Source: Ginkgo biloba
Taxonomy: Eukaryota; Plantae; Ginkgophyta
DNA length: 20,698 bases
Direction: 5' to 3'
Assembly: GCA_024626585.2 (NCBI GenBank)
Contig: JANKJI020000004.1
Coordinates: 126,146,169 to 126,166,866, forward strand
Below, in pieces: positions 1-12,459 of this stretch. The translations under genes were made by a program, and so were the position numbers. Positions within the stretch are counted from its first letter, which is position 1. Every line of letters begins with the position of its first letter. The notes under the pieces are model-generated. The model ran no database searches, was not told the origin of the DNA, and was given only the letters and a program-made list of their open reading frames with translations.

Positions 1-1087
1 GTGACAAAAATGTAAAAAGACCATGGCTAGTATAGAATACAGACTATCTAATGTAGAAGACAATTATGAAGAATTATCTAAAATAATTGCTTCACTATCA
101 AACAAAAAATAACTAATAAAAAATTGAGATGGAAAACTAGTCACAACAAGTAGCAACAAGCAAGGTAACAAGTGACACAATGCATGACACAATAAGTGAT
201 GCAATACTTCTCATAAGAACTTCAAAATGATATGACAACTTTCTCCACTTGAATGCACCAACAATTTGGCCCATTGCAACATTAGTAATACCAACAAAAA
301 CAACAACATCAAACACAACCATAATCATAAATAAATTCTTAATCAACTCAAGGAATAAGAGGATTTTGAGCAATGAGAGGAGTAACACATAGATTTATAT
401 ATTGCTTATAACCTAAGGTATTCTAGTTTCAACTTAATAGCCTAATAGAACAATATAATATGATATCAAGAATAATTCATCAACACCAACACATTGTGCA
501 ACATTGAAAAGGTACACTTTAGGCTAGCTAACATGACATCACATACTCATACATAGGGAATGGAATGGTATAATTTTCCTATGGCAATATTGCATACTTC
601 TGATTTAGAGTAGTTTTTTTTTGCAAAAGTAGATTAAACATGGGGCAATATATATAATATCCAATTAGTTTTTTTTTTTTTTAAATTTGTTCAATTAGTA
701 CACATTTATACAAATAAGTTTGAAATTCTCCATACCAAATTGGCAATGGACGATTCGTGCACACTCAACTTCTACATTAGCAATTTGCACTGAGAAATTA
801 AAGCATAACTAAGGAAACATAACTCCCATACATGCAAGCACGCAATGTATTTCTCAATACAAATAGAGTTTGGCCACAAAGTTATCCATGATCGATACAC
901 AACACCCTAAGCATAATAAAAATTCACTAGGCTCTAACAAAGGAATGATCAGTAACAACAACTCTCCCCACAAGAGTTAGAACATAGAAAACCAAAAAAC
1001 TTATGTTTTTGATGCAATGAGCAATGGACAAAGGAACATGTTTGCAAAAAGCAAACAAAGAAATTGTACATGGTAGAAGTACCAGAG

Positions 1088-1159
1088 GAAGAACCAAAGT
1101 TGCAACAAGAACCTAAAGAGCAAGAAGAAACAAAGTTGCAACAATAACCTAAAGAGCAA
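1088..1159 (+). repeat. 36-bp tandem duplication in gag C-terminal linker
   Basis: gaagaaccaaagttgcaacaagaacctaaagagcaa twice with 2 mismatches; encodes EE(P/T)KLQQ(E/*)PKEQ. Confidence 0.92.
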
Positions 1160-1179
1160 TCCTCAACCGGACAGAACGC

Positions 1180-1720
1180 AAAATGTGAACCAAGTTAAGA
1201 GGGTTTTAGGGAATGAATGCATTTTATAGGAAACTCATCCATTGCTACTAGTCTTTTGTAGCGCCATTACCAGATCTAACTAGAAAGGAATCCTTTAAAT
1301 GGAGTAGTTCGGCCGCACAAGCATTTCAAGACCTAAAAATAGCCATGACAACCACACCAGTATTAGCAACACTAGACTTAAATAAATCGTTCACACTCGA
1401 ATACAGTGCTTAAAGTACAAGAATTGGAGCAACACTCATGCACAGAGGCCGTCCCATTACATTAGAATATAGAAAATTGAATGATCAGGAATGCAAAACG
1501 TCAACATACGAAAATAAATGCTAGTAAAGAGGCAACAATACCTCATTGGTAAAAAGTTCGAGGTCAAAACTAACCATAACAGCTTGAAGTATTTCTTTCA
1601 ATAAGAATCACTTATTGACAAACAATAAAAGTGGATTGATAAAATTCAATCTTTTGATTTCGACATATTATACAAGAAGTTGAAAGACAATGTAGTTGCA
1701 AATGTTCTCTCAAGAAAATA
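1180..1720 (+). pseudogene. Ty3/gypsy RT C-terminal/RNase H relic
   Basis: FYRKLIH..APLPDLTRKESFKWS..AFQDLKIAMTTTPVLA..FTLE..IGATLM..YLIGKKFEVKTNHNSLKY..KWIDKIQSFDFDILYKK..NVVANVLSRK. Confidence 0.92.
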
Positions 1721-1859
1721 TGAAGATGCCTCACTCGCAACTATATCAACGATCGAACCCAAGTTGATAGGTGAGGTACAGCAAGATTACATGAAGGACA
1801 CTAACACATGAAAACTAACTACAGTTATCAAGAACAATAAGAAGGATGATAGATGGTCC

Positions 1860-2759
1860 ATAAGGAATGGAGTGATTATATACAAAAATCTTATTTATCT
1901 AAATTGGGGATCGCAATTCATCAACCAAGAACTTCAAGAATGCCACACTTGGTCATCATCTGGACATGTTGAGTTAAAGAAGACATATCATAGCCACAAC
2001 AAGGTGTTCAATTGGCAAAAAATGAAGGCAGATATCATAAAATTCATCACAGAATGTGATGTGTAGCAAAGACAAAGGTTAGAAAATGTCACTTCCCTAG
2101 TTATGTTACAACCATTTAATATTCCAAATTGAAAAAGGGAAGAGATTTATGTGGATGTTACTACAACTTTTCTAAAGTTAGAAGGGAAGGATGCCATCTT
2201 CATCATAGTCGACCAACTAAGAAAATATGCACACTTCATACCAATCAGTACAACTTATAAAGCTCTTTAGTTAGCCAAAATATTCATGAAGGAAATATAT
2301 TACCATCGGATATTCGAAAAGAATAATATGTGATAGAGATCCTAAATATACAAGCAAGTTCTAGTAGGAATTATTTCAACTAGCGAGCATAAAATATAAT
2401 ATGAGTATGGCATACCATCCATAAATTGATGGAAAAACAAAAATTGTTAACAAATGCCTCTAGGGGTACCTTCTTACATCTACAAGAGACAAACAAAATA
2501 GGTGGACAAAATGGGCACATTTGGCAAAACATTAGTACAACACAACATACTAGACTTCCATAAAAATGTCTTTATTTCTAGCACTCTATGGATACCCGCC
2601 ATAAAAAATGAAGGACCTATCTTCTACAAGTGTCTAAAGTGTAAGTAGTACAAGATAGCCTAGTAGAAGCCTAAGAAGTTATGATAATCTTAAACAATAA
2701 TCAAAATATGGCATATGATGAAATGAAGCAACGAGTAGATCGACATCGGACAAAAAGAT
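1860..2759 (+). pseudogene. Ty3/gypsy integrase relic (H2C2 + rve), truncated at the C-terminus
   Basis: ECH..SGH..KTY..FNWQKMKADIIKFITECDV; LQPFNIP; IIVDQLRKYAHFIP; CDRDPKYTSKF; MSMAYHP*IDG; ALYGYPP; EMKQRVDRHRT. Confidence 0.92.
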
Positions 2760-3255
2760 TGTTACAAGCATGAAACTGTTAAAGTGAAGAAAGGAGGAAG
2801 CGACCATGATTCAACATGAAGAAAAGAAACAAAAATGCAAACCTGAGTGTATTAGAAAGAAGATACATGTTCAAGAAGGTTCGACATTTTTTTAATCTGA
2901 TTCGAACGAAGTATCTTCAGTTGAATTCCAACTTCAAAGAGAGAAGTCAAATGTGCAAGTGGGAAAGAAGAATAGGCATTTAAGGAGGAGTTGGGACTCC
3001 CAAGAGACAAAGGGAGAAGTGAAGAGCCAAAATCCAAAAAGGCCTTGGGTCACACATTCTCCTATTTAAGCAAATCAAAGTGTGAAGGAGGGGTCATTCA
3101 TTCTCCATCCCTTATCTGCTCTTTCCTAGTATTCTAATATGCAAGCTTCTTCTTATGAGAACTTAGCTTTCTATTGTATTTGTAATAGCAGTTTTGTACA
3201 AGTATGTACTTGCCTACTTATGCAAAGACATTGTTGTATTTTGTTACCATTGGAG
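2760..3255 (+). mobile_element. Probable LTR of a second element interrupting the integrase
   Basis: Integrase similarity stops abruptly at TGTTAC (2760). There is a TATA-like cctatttaag at 3061 followed by a T-rich tract. The end is hidden by a gap. Confidence 0.4.
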
Positions 3256-3499
3256 NNNNNNNNNNNNNNNNNNNNNNNNNNNNNNNNNNNNNNNNNNNNN
3301 NNNNNNNNNNNNNNNNNNNNNNNNNNNNNNNNNNNNNNNNNNNNNNNNNNNNNNNCCCGATAGTTAACAACCACCTAATAGTGCTTAATCAGTTGTTTAG
3401 TCCTAATGGCCAGAGATCATTTACAGTAGGTTACTTGGTGTTGATGATTGATGAACACTTGCTAGGAGAGATGCCACTGCAATCAGTGACCAATGCTAT

Positions 3500-3551
3500 A
3501 ACTAATGAACAAACTATTGCAACCGATGAACAAATTGTTGCTATCGATGAC
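3500..3551 (+). repeat. Degenerate 21-bp tandem repeat (about 2.5 units)
   Basis: aactaatgaacaaactattgc / aaccgatgaacaaattgttgc / tatcgatgac. Confidence 0.6.
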
Positions 3552-4816
3552 TGTGTACAACATCCAACATACATCTCATTGGACACAAGCTTTAAGCCAC
3601 CTCGTTGAAACTATGAATGAAAAAATCAAATGTTGGATTGTGAGAAAACTTTTAATATTGCGATTTGTTGAGATATTACTCCCTTGAAAATTTTCCAAGA
3701 AGAGGATTAAAAAACTCAAAATTATAATACTTGTAGTATCAATGATGGGATTTTGTCCCTATATGAACATTGGGTGGAATGGGCATGCTTGCCTATTGTA
3801 ACAACCGAACTAGAGTGTGGTTTAGATTTTCTAGTTGTGGAACTTCTACCCAATGTTCATTTTGTAAGGAAGTTATTTTGTGCATGGCTTAAGTATTTGA
3901 GCTCTACAATTCCAACTTTGCGTTGCTCAAGACTTGAATGATCTATTACAACTTTTCTTCAAGCTCCTATAAACTTTTGTTGATTCTTTTGCTGCCTTAT
4001 AATCCATCATTGTTTTTAATCTATCATATTTGAAATCAAATATCTCTTGATGACCACAATCAACTTATAAAATCCACGCTTCCAACTTTGGGATATATTC
4101 TCTAATCTCTTTGCGATTTCTTTGTTAAAATGCAATAAAAACCAATAATAAGTATCAATGGATGGATCTGCATCTTCCAACCAAATGTCCAAAAATTGTA
4201 AAATGAACTTTATTTTTTCTTTGGCTACAATTGTGGTTGCCTAAGCTCAATCCTTTTTTGTCTTCGTAGTGACTCCTTTGTTAGGATCCTTAACTTTTGA
4301 TACCAACTCTTGCACCAATATCTGAGTCATGTTAGCAATGACGATAGGCTTCCAAGGCTCATGATTCAACAACTTGCACTCTACTTTATCGAATCCCTAT
4401 TCAAACATCATGTTGTGATCTTCCCATTCAAGTGCAATGGGTTTGTCAGAGACAATTTTGAATCATTGGTGTGTATGTAGTTGAATAGTGGAAGAGCTTG
4501 GGATAGAATCAAGAGAGGTTGGTAAGGATGCTTGCACAACTTTTTCTTTGACATTTTTCTAGGGCTCCAACCAAATTCAAACATAGTTGAATGAAAATGT
4601 GATTGTTCGAGTCGGTGAATTGGATGCTCAGGCCCATCTAGTTCGACTGGTGCCCAAACTTCNNNNNNNNNNNNNNNNNNNNNNNNNNNNNNNNNNNNNN
4701 NNNNNNNNNNNNNNNNNNNNNNNNNNNNNNNNNNNNNNNNNNNNNNNNNNNNNNNNNNNNNNCTTTTTTGGGGCAAGATTTGTGTTTGTTGCAAGATATT
4801 ATGATTAACTGATTAA

Positions 4817-6160
4817 CTAATTGTCAATGTTTGTGTTGATAACACTTGCCCGTACATGTGTTAACCTTATTTGACTATTGTCCTTAACCTCATTCATAAT
4901 ACAATGTTTCATCTGAACTTGAGTACATGCTGTGATGTGACCTTCATGGAACTCGGGTATGGCAAATTTGGGTAGCCCCACAACTGTTGCAACTCCAAAA
5001 TTGTGACCAAACCAACTCCTCATATTGGGCCATGCATTCACTTTATTTGTAAATGCCATGTACACATCAAATGTGCTTTGATAGAATACTTGAAAGGTTT
5101 GCAACCCATTGGCATTTCCCCATATTTGTAATTAACCCAACTCACAATTGATAATGCAAAAATGTCACTAACAAGAATTTGACAAGTACATCAAAAAGTT
5201 GCTAAAATTCTATCTTATTTCTCTCTCATCCATTCTGTCCTAGTGATTTCCAAACCCATAGTGAAGAGTAGCAATTTGGTCTGCCAATAACCATAAACGG
5301 GGTTTCAATTCTTTCCTATATGTGCAATTCAAGCTCTATTTTTTGTTGAAGCAATGCGTCTTAATCCAAAGAAGGTTACACCTCAAAGTTTCAGTTCACT
5401 CTATTCTCAAAGTGGAATTTGAGTCACCACAAACCCCTCGTTGAGTAAGTGATTAAGTTGGAACTCCTCATTTGTGTTGTACAAACCCTTTTCCAATCTT
5501 CCACAATTGCCTCCAAGTCACATCTTTCTACTTTCTACTTTGCAAGGTCATGCCACCCTGCCATATATATATATATAATGATTTGATCTTTCCCTCATTT
5601 TTTACTTTTTATGTTTTTTATTTTTCCAACATCATGATGTGTTATGTGAGTAACTAATGATCAATGTTTGTGATGATACTCCTTGATGGTAGTACCATTG
5701 ACCAATGCTGTTAGCAACTGTCCATACATGTTTCGACCTTGCCCGTTCCTGTCATTAATTGACTTCAAAATGCTATGTTTCTTCCAAATTTGAGTATTTG
5801 TTGTGATGTGACCTTCATGGGATTGTGGCATAGTAATTTGGGGTAACCCCACCACTGTTGCACTTCCCAAAATTGTGTCCAAACTCACTTCTCATATTGG
5901 GCTATAACTTTGCTTAATCTTTATTGAATGCACTCACAAAAGAGTAGTTGGAAAGGCTTGCAACAAATTAGCATGCCCCCACATCTTTTGATTAATCCAC
6001 ATCACAATTCCTAACCAAAAAATATTAGTAGAACTTGACAAGTATCAAGAACTTGTTGATTTTGTTCACTTTGCGACTTCATAACCCATAGCAAATGGTT
6101 GTAGTTTGGTTTGTCAATAAATGGAAATGGGATTTTGAATTTTGTAAAAGCACAACAATT
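4817..6160 (-). repeat. Diverged direct duplication, about 4817-5330 and 5661-6160
   Basis: Shared blocks tgtgatgtgaccttcatgg, actgttgca..ccaaaattgtg.ccaaac, ctcatattgggc, ttgacaagta and aacccatag. Peptides ATVVGLP(K/Q)..HEGHIT appear in both ORF-track entries. Confidence 0.85.
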
Positions 6161-7388
6161 GCATTACTCTGACTTGCTGGAACATTCTTCATAGTTGGGT
6201 GGGAATGTGAGTGCTCTTTTGATTACCCCCGAATTGAGCTGCTATAAATTGTGTTACCCATGCGAGCTACTCCTCTTTTAGGCCTTCATGTGAATCCCAA
6301 TAGTAGAAGCATATGAAATCTTTGGGCAAAACTCCAAGCAATAACTTGCTTGTCTGCTTTTGTAGCCAAGGGAATTTCAAGTTCCTGATGGGAAGACATG
6401 TAACCTCATGAATTGTTTGGTCCATAATTTGCAGCACCTCCAAACATTTTGCTACAACGCTAATAGAAGAAGCTAATGAAGATGACTTAGTGTATAATGA
6501 CCGGATTAGAAGGTAAGTAGCGATCCCTACAACTTCTAATGCCTTCTGCAATGGGTGATTGGATGGAAATCCCTAGAATTCTGTACATAATTTGGTTATG
6601 CGATGTTCATGGATTTCAATTGCAAATACTAGAGGTTCCACCATGTGAAGGGATCATTTGAATAGAGAAAACAATCCTCAACGAGGAGTGCAATCGCTTA
6701 AAATGGATAGGGGGTCTACATAGCTTCCAAATTCTTCATTAGTTGTTGGATGTGAGTGTTGAAATGAGCTCTAAGAATTCTTGCAACCAATGACGTACAA
6801 AGTGAAGTTAGAAATAATGTTGCCTAAGGTGGTGAGGGTGAGTTTAAAAAGTGACTATTTTTCCCTTTAAAATATTTTGATGACAAACTTTATGTTGTGA
6901 TTGGTAGTCATCATGAGTCAAAGACCAACATGATGTATTCATATGCTTAAATATCAAAAAGTCGGGTTAGTGTTATTATGGCCCCACTCCATTTAAATGG
7001 TTGTGTCTTTACCTAACACAAAAAGTTGTGCTTGGTTGGTGGTATGATGCCGATGGTTAATTAGTAAACTACTCGTCATGCCACTACTTAGTACTACGGT
7101 TGTTATGATATATACCTTTTTCAAGAAACTGTTGATTGCTTACTTTGTATGTCAGTTTTTATGATATATAGTCTAGTTATTTTCTTTGTACATCAATCTT
7201 TTGCAATATATACTCTAATTGCAAGACAACACTAGTTGTTACTTTATATGTCAATTGTTCTGACATACATCTATTGTTTTACAATATTTCAGATGCAACC
7301 ACCCTTGTTACTTGGTCCAATTACTTACATTAGTGCCAACGACAAATTTGGAATTTTAGCCCAGTGCAAATGTCTCCATTACATTAAA

Positions 7389-7407
7389 TACACACACACA
7401 CACACAT
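7389..7407. repeat. (AC)n microsatellite
   Basis: atacacacacacacacaca. Confidence 0.8.
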
Positions 7408-8428
7408 AAAAAAATCCTATGAAAAATAAAATCCATCTATCCATAAATATTATTGGACAATGACTTAGTAAAGAGTATTCATTACTAAAAAGAAAACAGA
7501 CCAGTAAGAAGCCAAAGTGTTCAACAATCCATCCACCCATCCATATATATAATAAATTTGAAACATATTAAATTTAAAATACATCCTTAACTTTTGTTGG
7601 CTTTAAAATTAAACATGGTTAGCTTAATATTAATGAAAGTTAAGTTTTTAAAAAACTATAATTAAAACTGATANNNNNNNNNNNNNNNNNNNNNNNNNNN
7701 NNNNNNNNNNNNNNNNNNNNNNNNNNNNNNNNNNNNNNNNNNNNNNNNNNNNNNNNNNNNNNNNNNNNNNNNNCCTCATTATCGTCTGTGATCCTGTTTT
7801 CACAATCATGCCTTCATGTGCTTCACGAACTATGGCTAGGACCTTGTGCTCAATCAAGAGATTCTTTAGTATGTCATTTGGTCCTAAATGATATAAGACA
7901 CCTTTAATCAATCGGTGAGGTTTTCCTCTTCATGTTAAATTGTGTTGTTTTGTACAATCCATACTTTGTAAGCATAATTAATGCATACATTAATTAGCCA
8001 TAAATTAATGTAAACTTTTATAATTTTACACATAATTATATTTTCTAGATTAAGCATGGCTAATTTATGGTTGTAAACCCTAGTTCTTGGGATTTAACCT
8101 CTTCAGGTAAGGCGCTCTTAGTCAAAGGGTCATTTTGTTGCATTAATGATTAATTATGGTTATTTATCGATGTACTTATGCAGTATGATATTCTATATGC
8201 ATTTTTTAAATTTGCCCTATTTTTACTATAACCACCCTGGCAACTTTGTCAGGACAATTAAGGCTTTAACTTAAGACCTACTAAGGGATTGGAATCCTTA
8301 ACCAAGGGACCCCCTCTAGGAGGCTTTATTTTTTCCCTAGCATGCATATGTTTGGGCTTATTGACAATTGGCATTTGGTCTCCCCCAAAGGGCTAAATTG
8401 TTGTTCATGTTGATCCTCCTACAAGTTT

Positions 8429-8564
8429 GCTATAGTCTGTTGGTGCAGTCGTGGGCCTTCAGACTGTTGATGCAATCATAGGCTATAATCTATTGGTGCA
8501 GGTATAAGGAATATGGTCTGCTATTGTAGTTGTAAGGGCTATGGACTATTGTGGCAACCATAGA
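8429..8564 (+). repeat. About 27-bp degenerate tandem repeat (about 5 units) in a GC-richer, LTR-like tract (about 8080-8900)
   Basis: gctatagtctgttggtgcagtcgtggg / ccttcagactgttgatgcaatcatagg / ctataatctattggtgcaggtataagg / ... / gctatggactattgtggcaaccataga. Confidence 0.65.
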
Positions 8565-9618
8565 AGTAACAGGTAGATTTTGGTATAGGATATGTTGTCA
8601 TAGCCCTATGGGATTCATGATACCAAAAATAACAATAAATAAATGAACTGTCAGTAGGGGTGGCTATGCTGGCTTTGTAGGGTTATCCTGGTGCCGAAGA
8701 GGGGTTAAGAGACCTACACCCAACAGCCTTCCTAAGTGTGGAGTTGTGAGGGAGAGTCTCGCAGATCAGCAATAGTTGTTAGGCACTAATGGTTAGCATG
8801 TTCTGTACAGGAGGTTTGGCTGCCCGCATTAGTAAGCCCATATAGGCGGTCCCAATGGCCAACAGTAGGTGGTTGGAGTCCTACAAGTCAACCCTAGTCA
8901 AATAGTCTTCTTTACCAAAACCTATAATTTAACACATTCTTTTTTTCTAAAACCATAAATTGACGTAAACAATTTTCTATCTGGATAAATTAACATAAAT
9001 ATATATTTTCTTTGTATCAATACTTACTACAATGCATATTTATGAGTGTATGTCATTTCTATTTGTANNNNNNNNNNNNNNNNNNNNNNNNNNNNNNNNN
9101 NNNNNNNNNNNNNNNNNNNNNNNNNNNNNNNNNNNNNNNNNNNNNNNNNNNNNNNNNNNNNNNNNNNNNNNNNNNNNNNNNNNNNNNNNNNNNNNNNNNN
9201 NNNNNNNNNNNNNNNNNNNNNNNNNNNNNNNNNNNNNNNNNNNNNNNNNNNNNNNNNNNNNNNNNNNNNNNNNNNNNNNNNNNNNNNNNNNNNNNNNNNN
9301 NNNNNNNNNNNNNNNNNNNNNNNNNNNNNNNNNNNNNNNNNNNNNNNNNNNNNNNNNNNNNNNNNNNNNNNNNNNNNNNNNNNNNNNNNNNNNNNNNNNN
9401 NNNNNNNNNNNNNNNNNNNNNNNNNNNNNNNNNNNNNNNNNNNNNNNNNNNNNNNNNNNNNNNNNNNNNNNNNNNNNNNNNNNNNNNNNNNNNNNNNNNN
9501 NNNNNNNNNNNNNNNNNNNNNNNNNNNNNNNNNNNNNNNNNNNNNNNNNNNNNNNNNNNNNNNNNNNNNNNNNNNNNNNNNNNNNNNNNNNNNNNNNNNN
9601 NNNAGAAAGTAATATAAT

Positions 9619-10944
9619 ATGCCTAATGAATTATCTCGAATTGATATTGGTGAAGAAGCTACAAGGGTACTGGATGCTTTTCTTAACAGGTCTCTTTTCC
9701 AAGTCATTGTCGTCCCTGATTGGTATAGTGATATTGTCGAATTGTTAGCAACTAGGATGATCCCTCTAAGGTTGGATTGCATAGAATATCGTAACTTGGC
9801 ATGTTGAATAGACCCCTATCAATTAATGGACAAAGTACTTTACTATATGGTTTGGATCACATATTACGCCACTCTATGATTGAACAAGAAGTTCCTTCCT
9901 TAACTTGCGAGGAACACAAAGGAACAATGGGGGGTCATGTGGGTAGTGATGGTACTACATATCTATGGTGGCATTCCTTGTTTAAAGATGTCGACGATTG
10001 CACCAAAAACTGTGATGTTTGTCTACATGTGGAGAAAACTTGTGATATTCACCATCAACCCCTACACTTTATTTTAGCTCAATGTCCTTTTATGAAATGG
10101 AGATTAGATTTTGTGGGTCCTAGTTTTGTTGCCAAGCACACACAAGTACATTATGTACTCTTAGCCACTAACTATGTTACAAAATTCTTTGAAGCACAAC
10201 CATTATGACATTGCGATGCGCGTAGTACATGTTTTTTGTATGAAATGGTCATCACTCAGTTTAGGTGCTCTATTGAAATTGTTGGTGACCAAGGAGTCAA
10301 CTTCCTCAACACCACGATTTGACATTTGGCATAGGAACATATTATGTTGTATTGCAAATCTACATCATATTACCCTGAGCAAACAACCTAGCAGTGAGTA
10401 CAAATAAAATTTTGAAAGTATTTCAACTAAAATTGTAAGATTGGACAAAACAATTGGATGGAAACAATTCATGTTGTACTATGGGCCAATGGTACCATAC
10501 ATTAGTGTGCCAATGATTATACACCCTTCCAGTTAGTTTAAACACAAGAAGCTATTATTTCCTTCAATTTTTTGGTTCCAAGTTTTCTCATTTCCATTAA
10601 ATATCATCTAGGTGAGGTGGAATCTCACAAAGTCCCATTACACCATTTGCTTCAATTATATGAAACCCAAGCAATGGTTCATTGGGAAATGGAAATAGGA
10701 GAACAATGACAAAAGTTAAGCATGACCGCCACATTCAAGATTCTAAATTCTTGAATGGTGACATGGTCCTCCGATATGACCCCAAATTTTGCACAAAGCG
10801 TGACAAGCTAAAGATACATTGGTTGGGTCCTTATCGCATCTACACCGTGCATGAGAATTGGTCAGTGCAATTACAATATTAAATGGATATTTGCTATCAA
10901 TTTTGGTTAATAGTAGCAAGTTAAAACCTTATCACCACCACTAA
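9619..10944 (+). pseudogene. Athila/Tat-type Ty3/gypsy integrase relic
   Basis: PDWYSDIV..; H..TMGGH; WWHSLFKD..NCDVC; PFMKWRLDFVGP; ATNYVTKFFEA; GDQGVNF; YTPFQLV; GDMVLRYD..KLKIHWLGPY; VNSSKLKPY. No chromodomain follows. Confidence 0.93.
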
Positions 10945-10974
10945 ATTAAAAAGAAAAAATTGATTGTTGAGGAC

Positions 10975-12435
10975 ATTCATATGTGGCTAAAATTCACAAA
11001 TTGCCATTGGTTATGGATCCCATGTTCGGTCCTTGTAAGAGTCACTGACCGTTCTAATTGATTGCAATTTAGAATGGTATCCAACCAATAAAGATGATTG
11101 CAACTGGTGTATATTCTAACAACTAGTGTTCACTCTAACAATCAACATATATTTGACACTCGATGTATATTTTGACAATTGGCATATATTATAAACAACC
11201 GACATATGTTTGACATCTGGACTATATTTACACAATTGTTGTGTTAGTACTTACAATCATCTTATTAATTAGCAATTGATGTATTGCTAACCACCGAACA
11301 TATTTGTGTCTAACAAGGATGCAATTAGTCAAAGTGATAGGGTGCATATATTTGTTAACCTTATTATGATATTACTTGTGCGACACATATACATACTTTT
11401 GGAAGCACTTCCACTTACAATTACTTTGGTGGAATCATAACAAAGGAGGTCATCATCTAAACTTATGACACCTCAAGTATTGATGATGGCATTGTTCAAA
11501 ACATGAACTGTTGCAATTGCAGAATGTATTCTTTACACTTTTGTGTTTGACAAGGATGCACTTTCTCAAAGGCATGGGGGGCATATTTGTGCTGACCTTA
11601 TTATGATATTATTATGCAACATATATACTCACTTTTTGAAGCACTTCCACTTATGATTACTTTGGTGGTGTCATAATGGAGGAGGTCATCATGTAATCTT
11701 ACGACACCTCCAGTAAGGATGATGGCATTNNNNNNNNNNNNNNNNNNNNNNNNNNNNNNNNNNNNNNNNNNNNNNNNNNNNNNNNNNNNNNNNNNNNNNN
11801 NNNNNNNNNNNNNNNNNNNNNNNNNNNNNGCAAAATCAACTTTAAAAAAAAAACTCCTTATTGTAGCCATTTATGCGTAGCTGAAATTCTTGAATGATTG
11901 TTGGTTTTAAATCCCATGTTAGGTCCTCCTAATAGCCACTAACTCTAATAGGTTCTAATTTAGTATGGTAAAAAACCAACAAAGACGATTGTAACTTGTG
12001 CTCATTCTAACAACCAGCATTCATGCTAACAATTGGTGTACATTTTGACAATAGGTCTATATTCTTACAATTGACGTACATATTACAAAAAGAGGGCATA
12101 CATTTGACAACTAGACTATATTTACACAATTTTCATGGTAGTACTTACAATCATCTTATTAATTAGTGATCGATGTATTGCTAACCACAAGACAACTTTT
12201 GTGTCTAGCAAGGATGCAAATGCTCAAAAGAACAATGGGCATATTCACATCAACCTAATTTTGATATTACGTGTGCAACAATAATACTCACTTTTTACAA
12301 CACTTCTACTCATGATTACTTTGGTGGCATCATAATGAAGGAGATCATCATCAAAACTTATAGCACATCAAGTAATGATGATGACATTGTTCAAAACATG
12401 AACGACTACAACCACAAAATACATTCTTCACACAA
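10975..12435 (+). repeat. Nested tandem repeats in the retroelement 3' spacer
   Basis: A block of about 560 bp at 10975-11540 repeats at about 11866-12435. A subunit of about 237 bp occurs at about 11303, 11541 (cut by a gap) and 12199. A ~20-bp minisatellite (tatatt.tgacaac.gg-like) lies at about 11098-11235 and 11992-12130. Confidence 0.9.
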
Positions 12436-12459
12436 CTCTTGCTCAGATTTAAGAAGTTT

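Larger units (their letters stand above)
730..2759 (+). mobile_element. Decayed Ty3/gypsy retrotransposon (chromovirus-like gag-pol) with internal deletion of protease and RT core
   Basis: gag segments FYISNLH*EIKA*LRKHN and LSPQELEHRKPKNLCF*CNEQWTKEHVCKK (zinc knuckle, about 962-1050), then RT thumb/RNase H (about 1180-1720) and integrase (about 1860-2759). Many stops and frameshifts. Probably extends back towards position 1. Confidence 0.9.
4817..7915 (-). mobile_element. Decayed non-chromovirus (Athila/Tat-like) Ty3/gypsy element: integrase fragment, repeat spacer, accessory ORF
   Basis: 7775-7911 reads GVLYHLGPNDILKNLLIEHKVLAIVREAHEG (integrase zinc-finger region). The reverse complement of about 6130-7330 aligns by eye to about 11990-13140 on the + strand. 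An assembly gap lies between the integrase piece and the spacer. Confidence 0.7.

Noticed and set aside
4294-4305. TGGTATCAAAAG on the minus strand as a tRNA-Met primer binding site
   Set aside because: Only a partial match to TGGTATCAGAGC and not preceded by an LTR-terminal CA.
9012-9782. Long ORFs of 105-251 aa in the ORF track (also 15671-16261 and others)
   Set aside because: They are artefacts of translating through N-runs.
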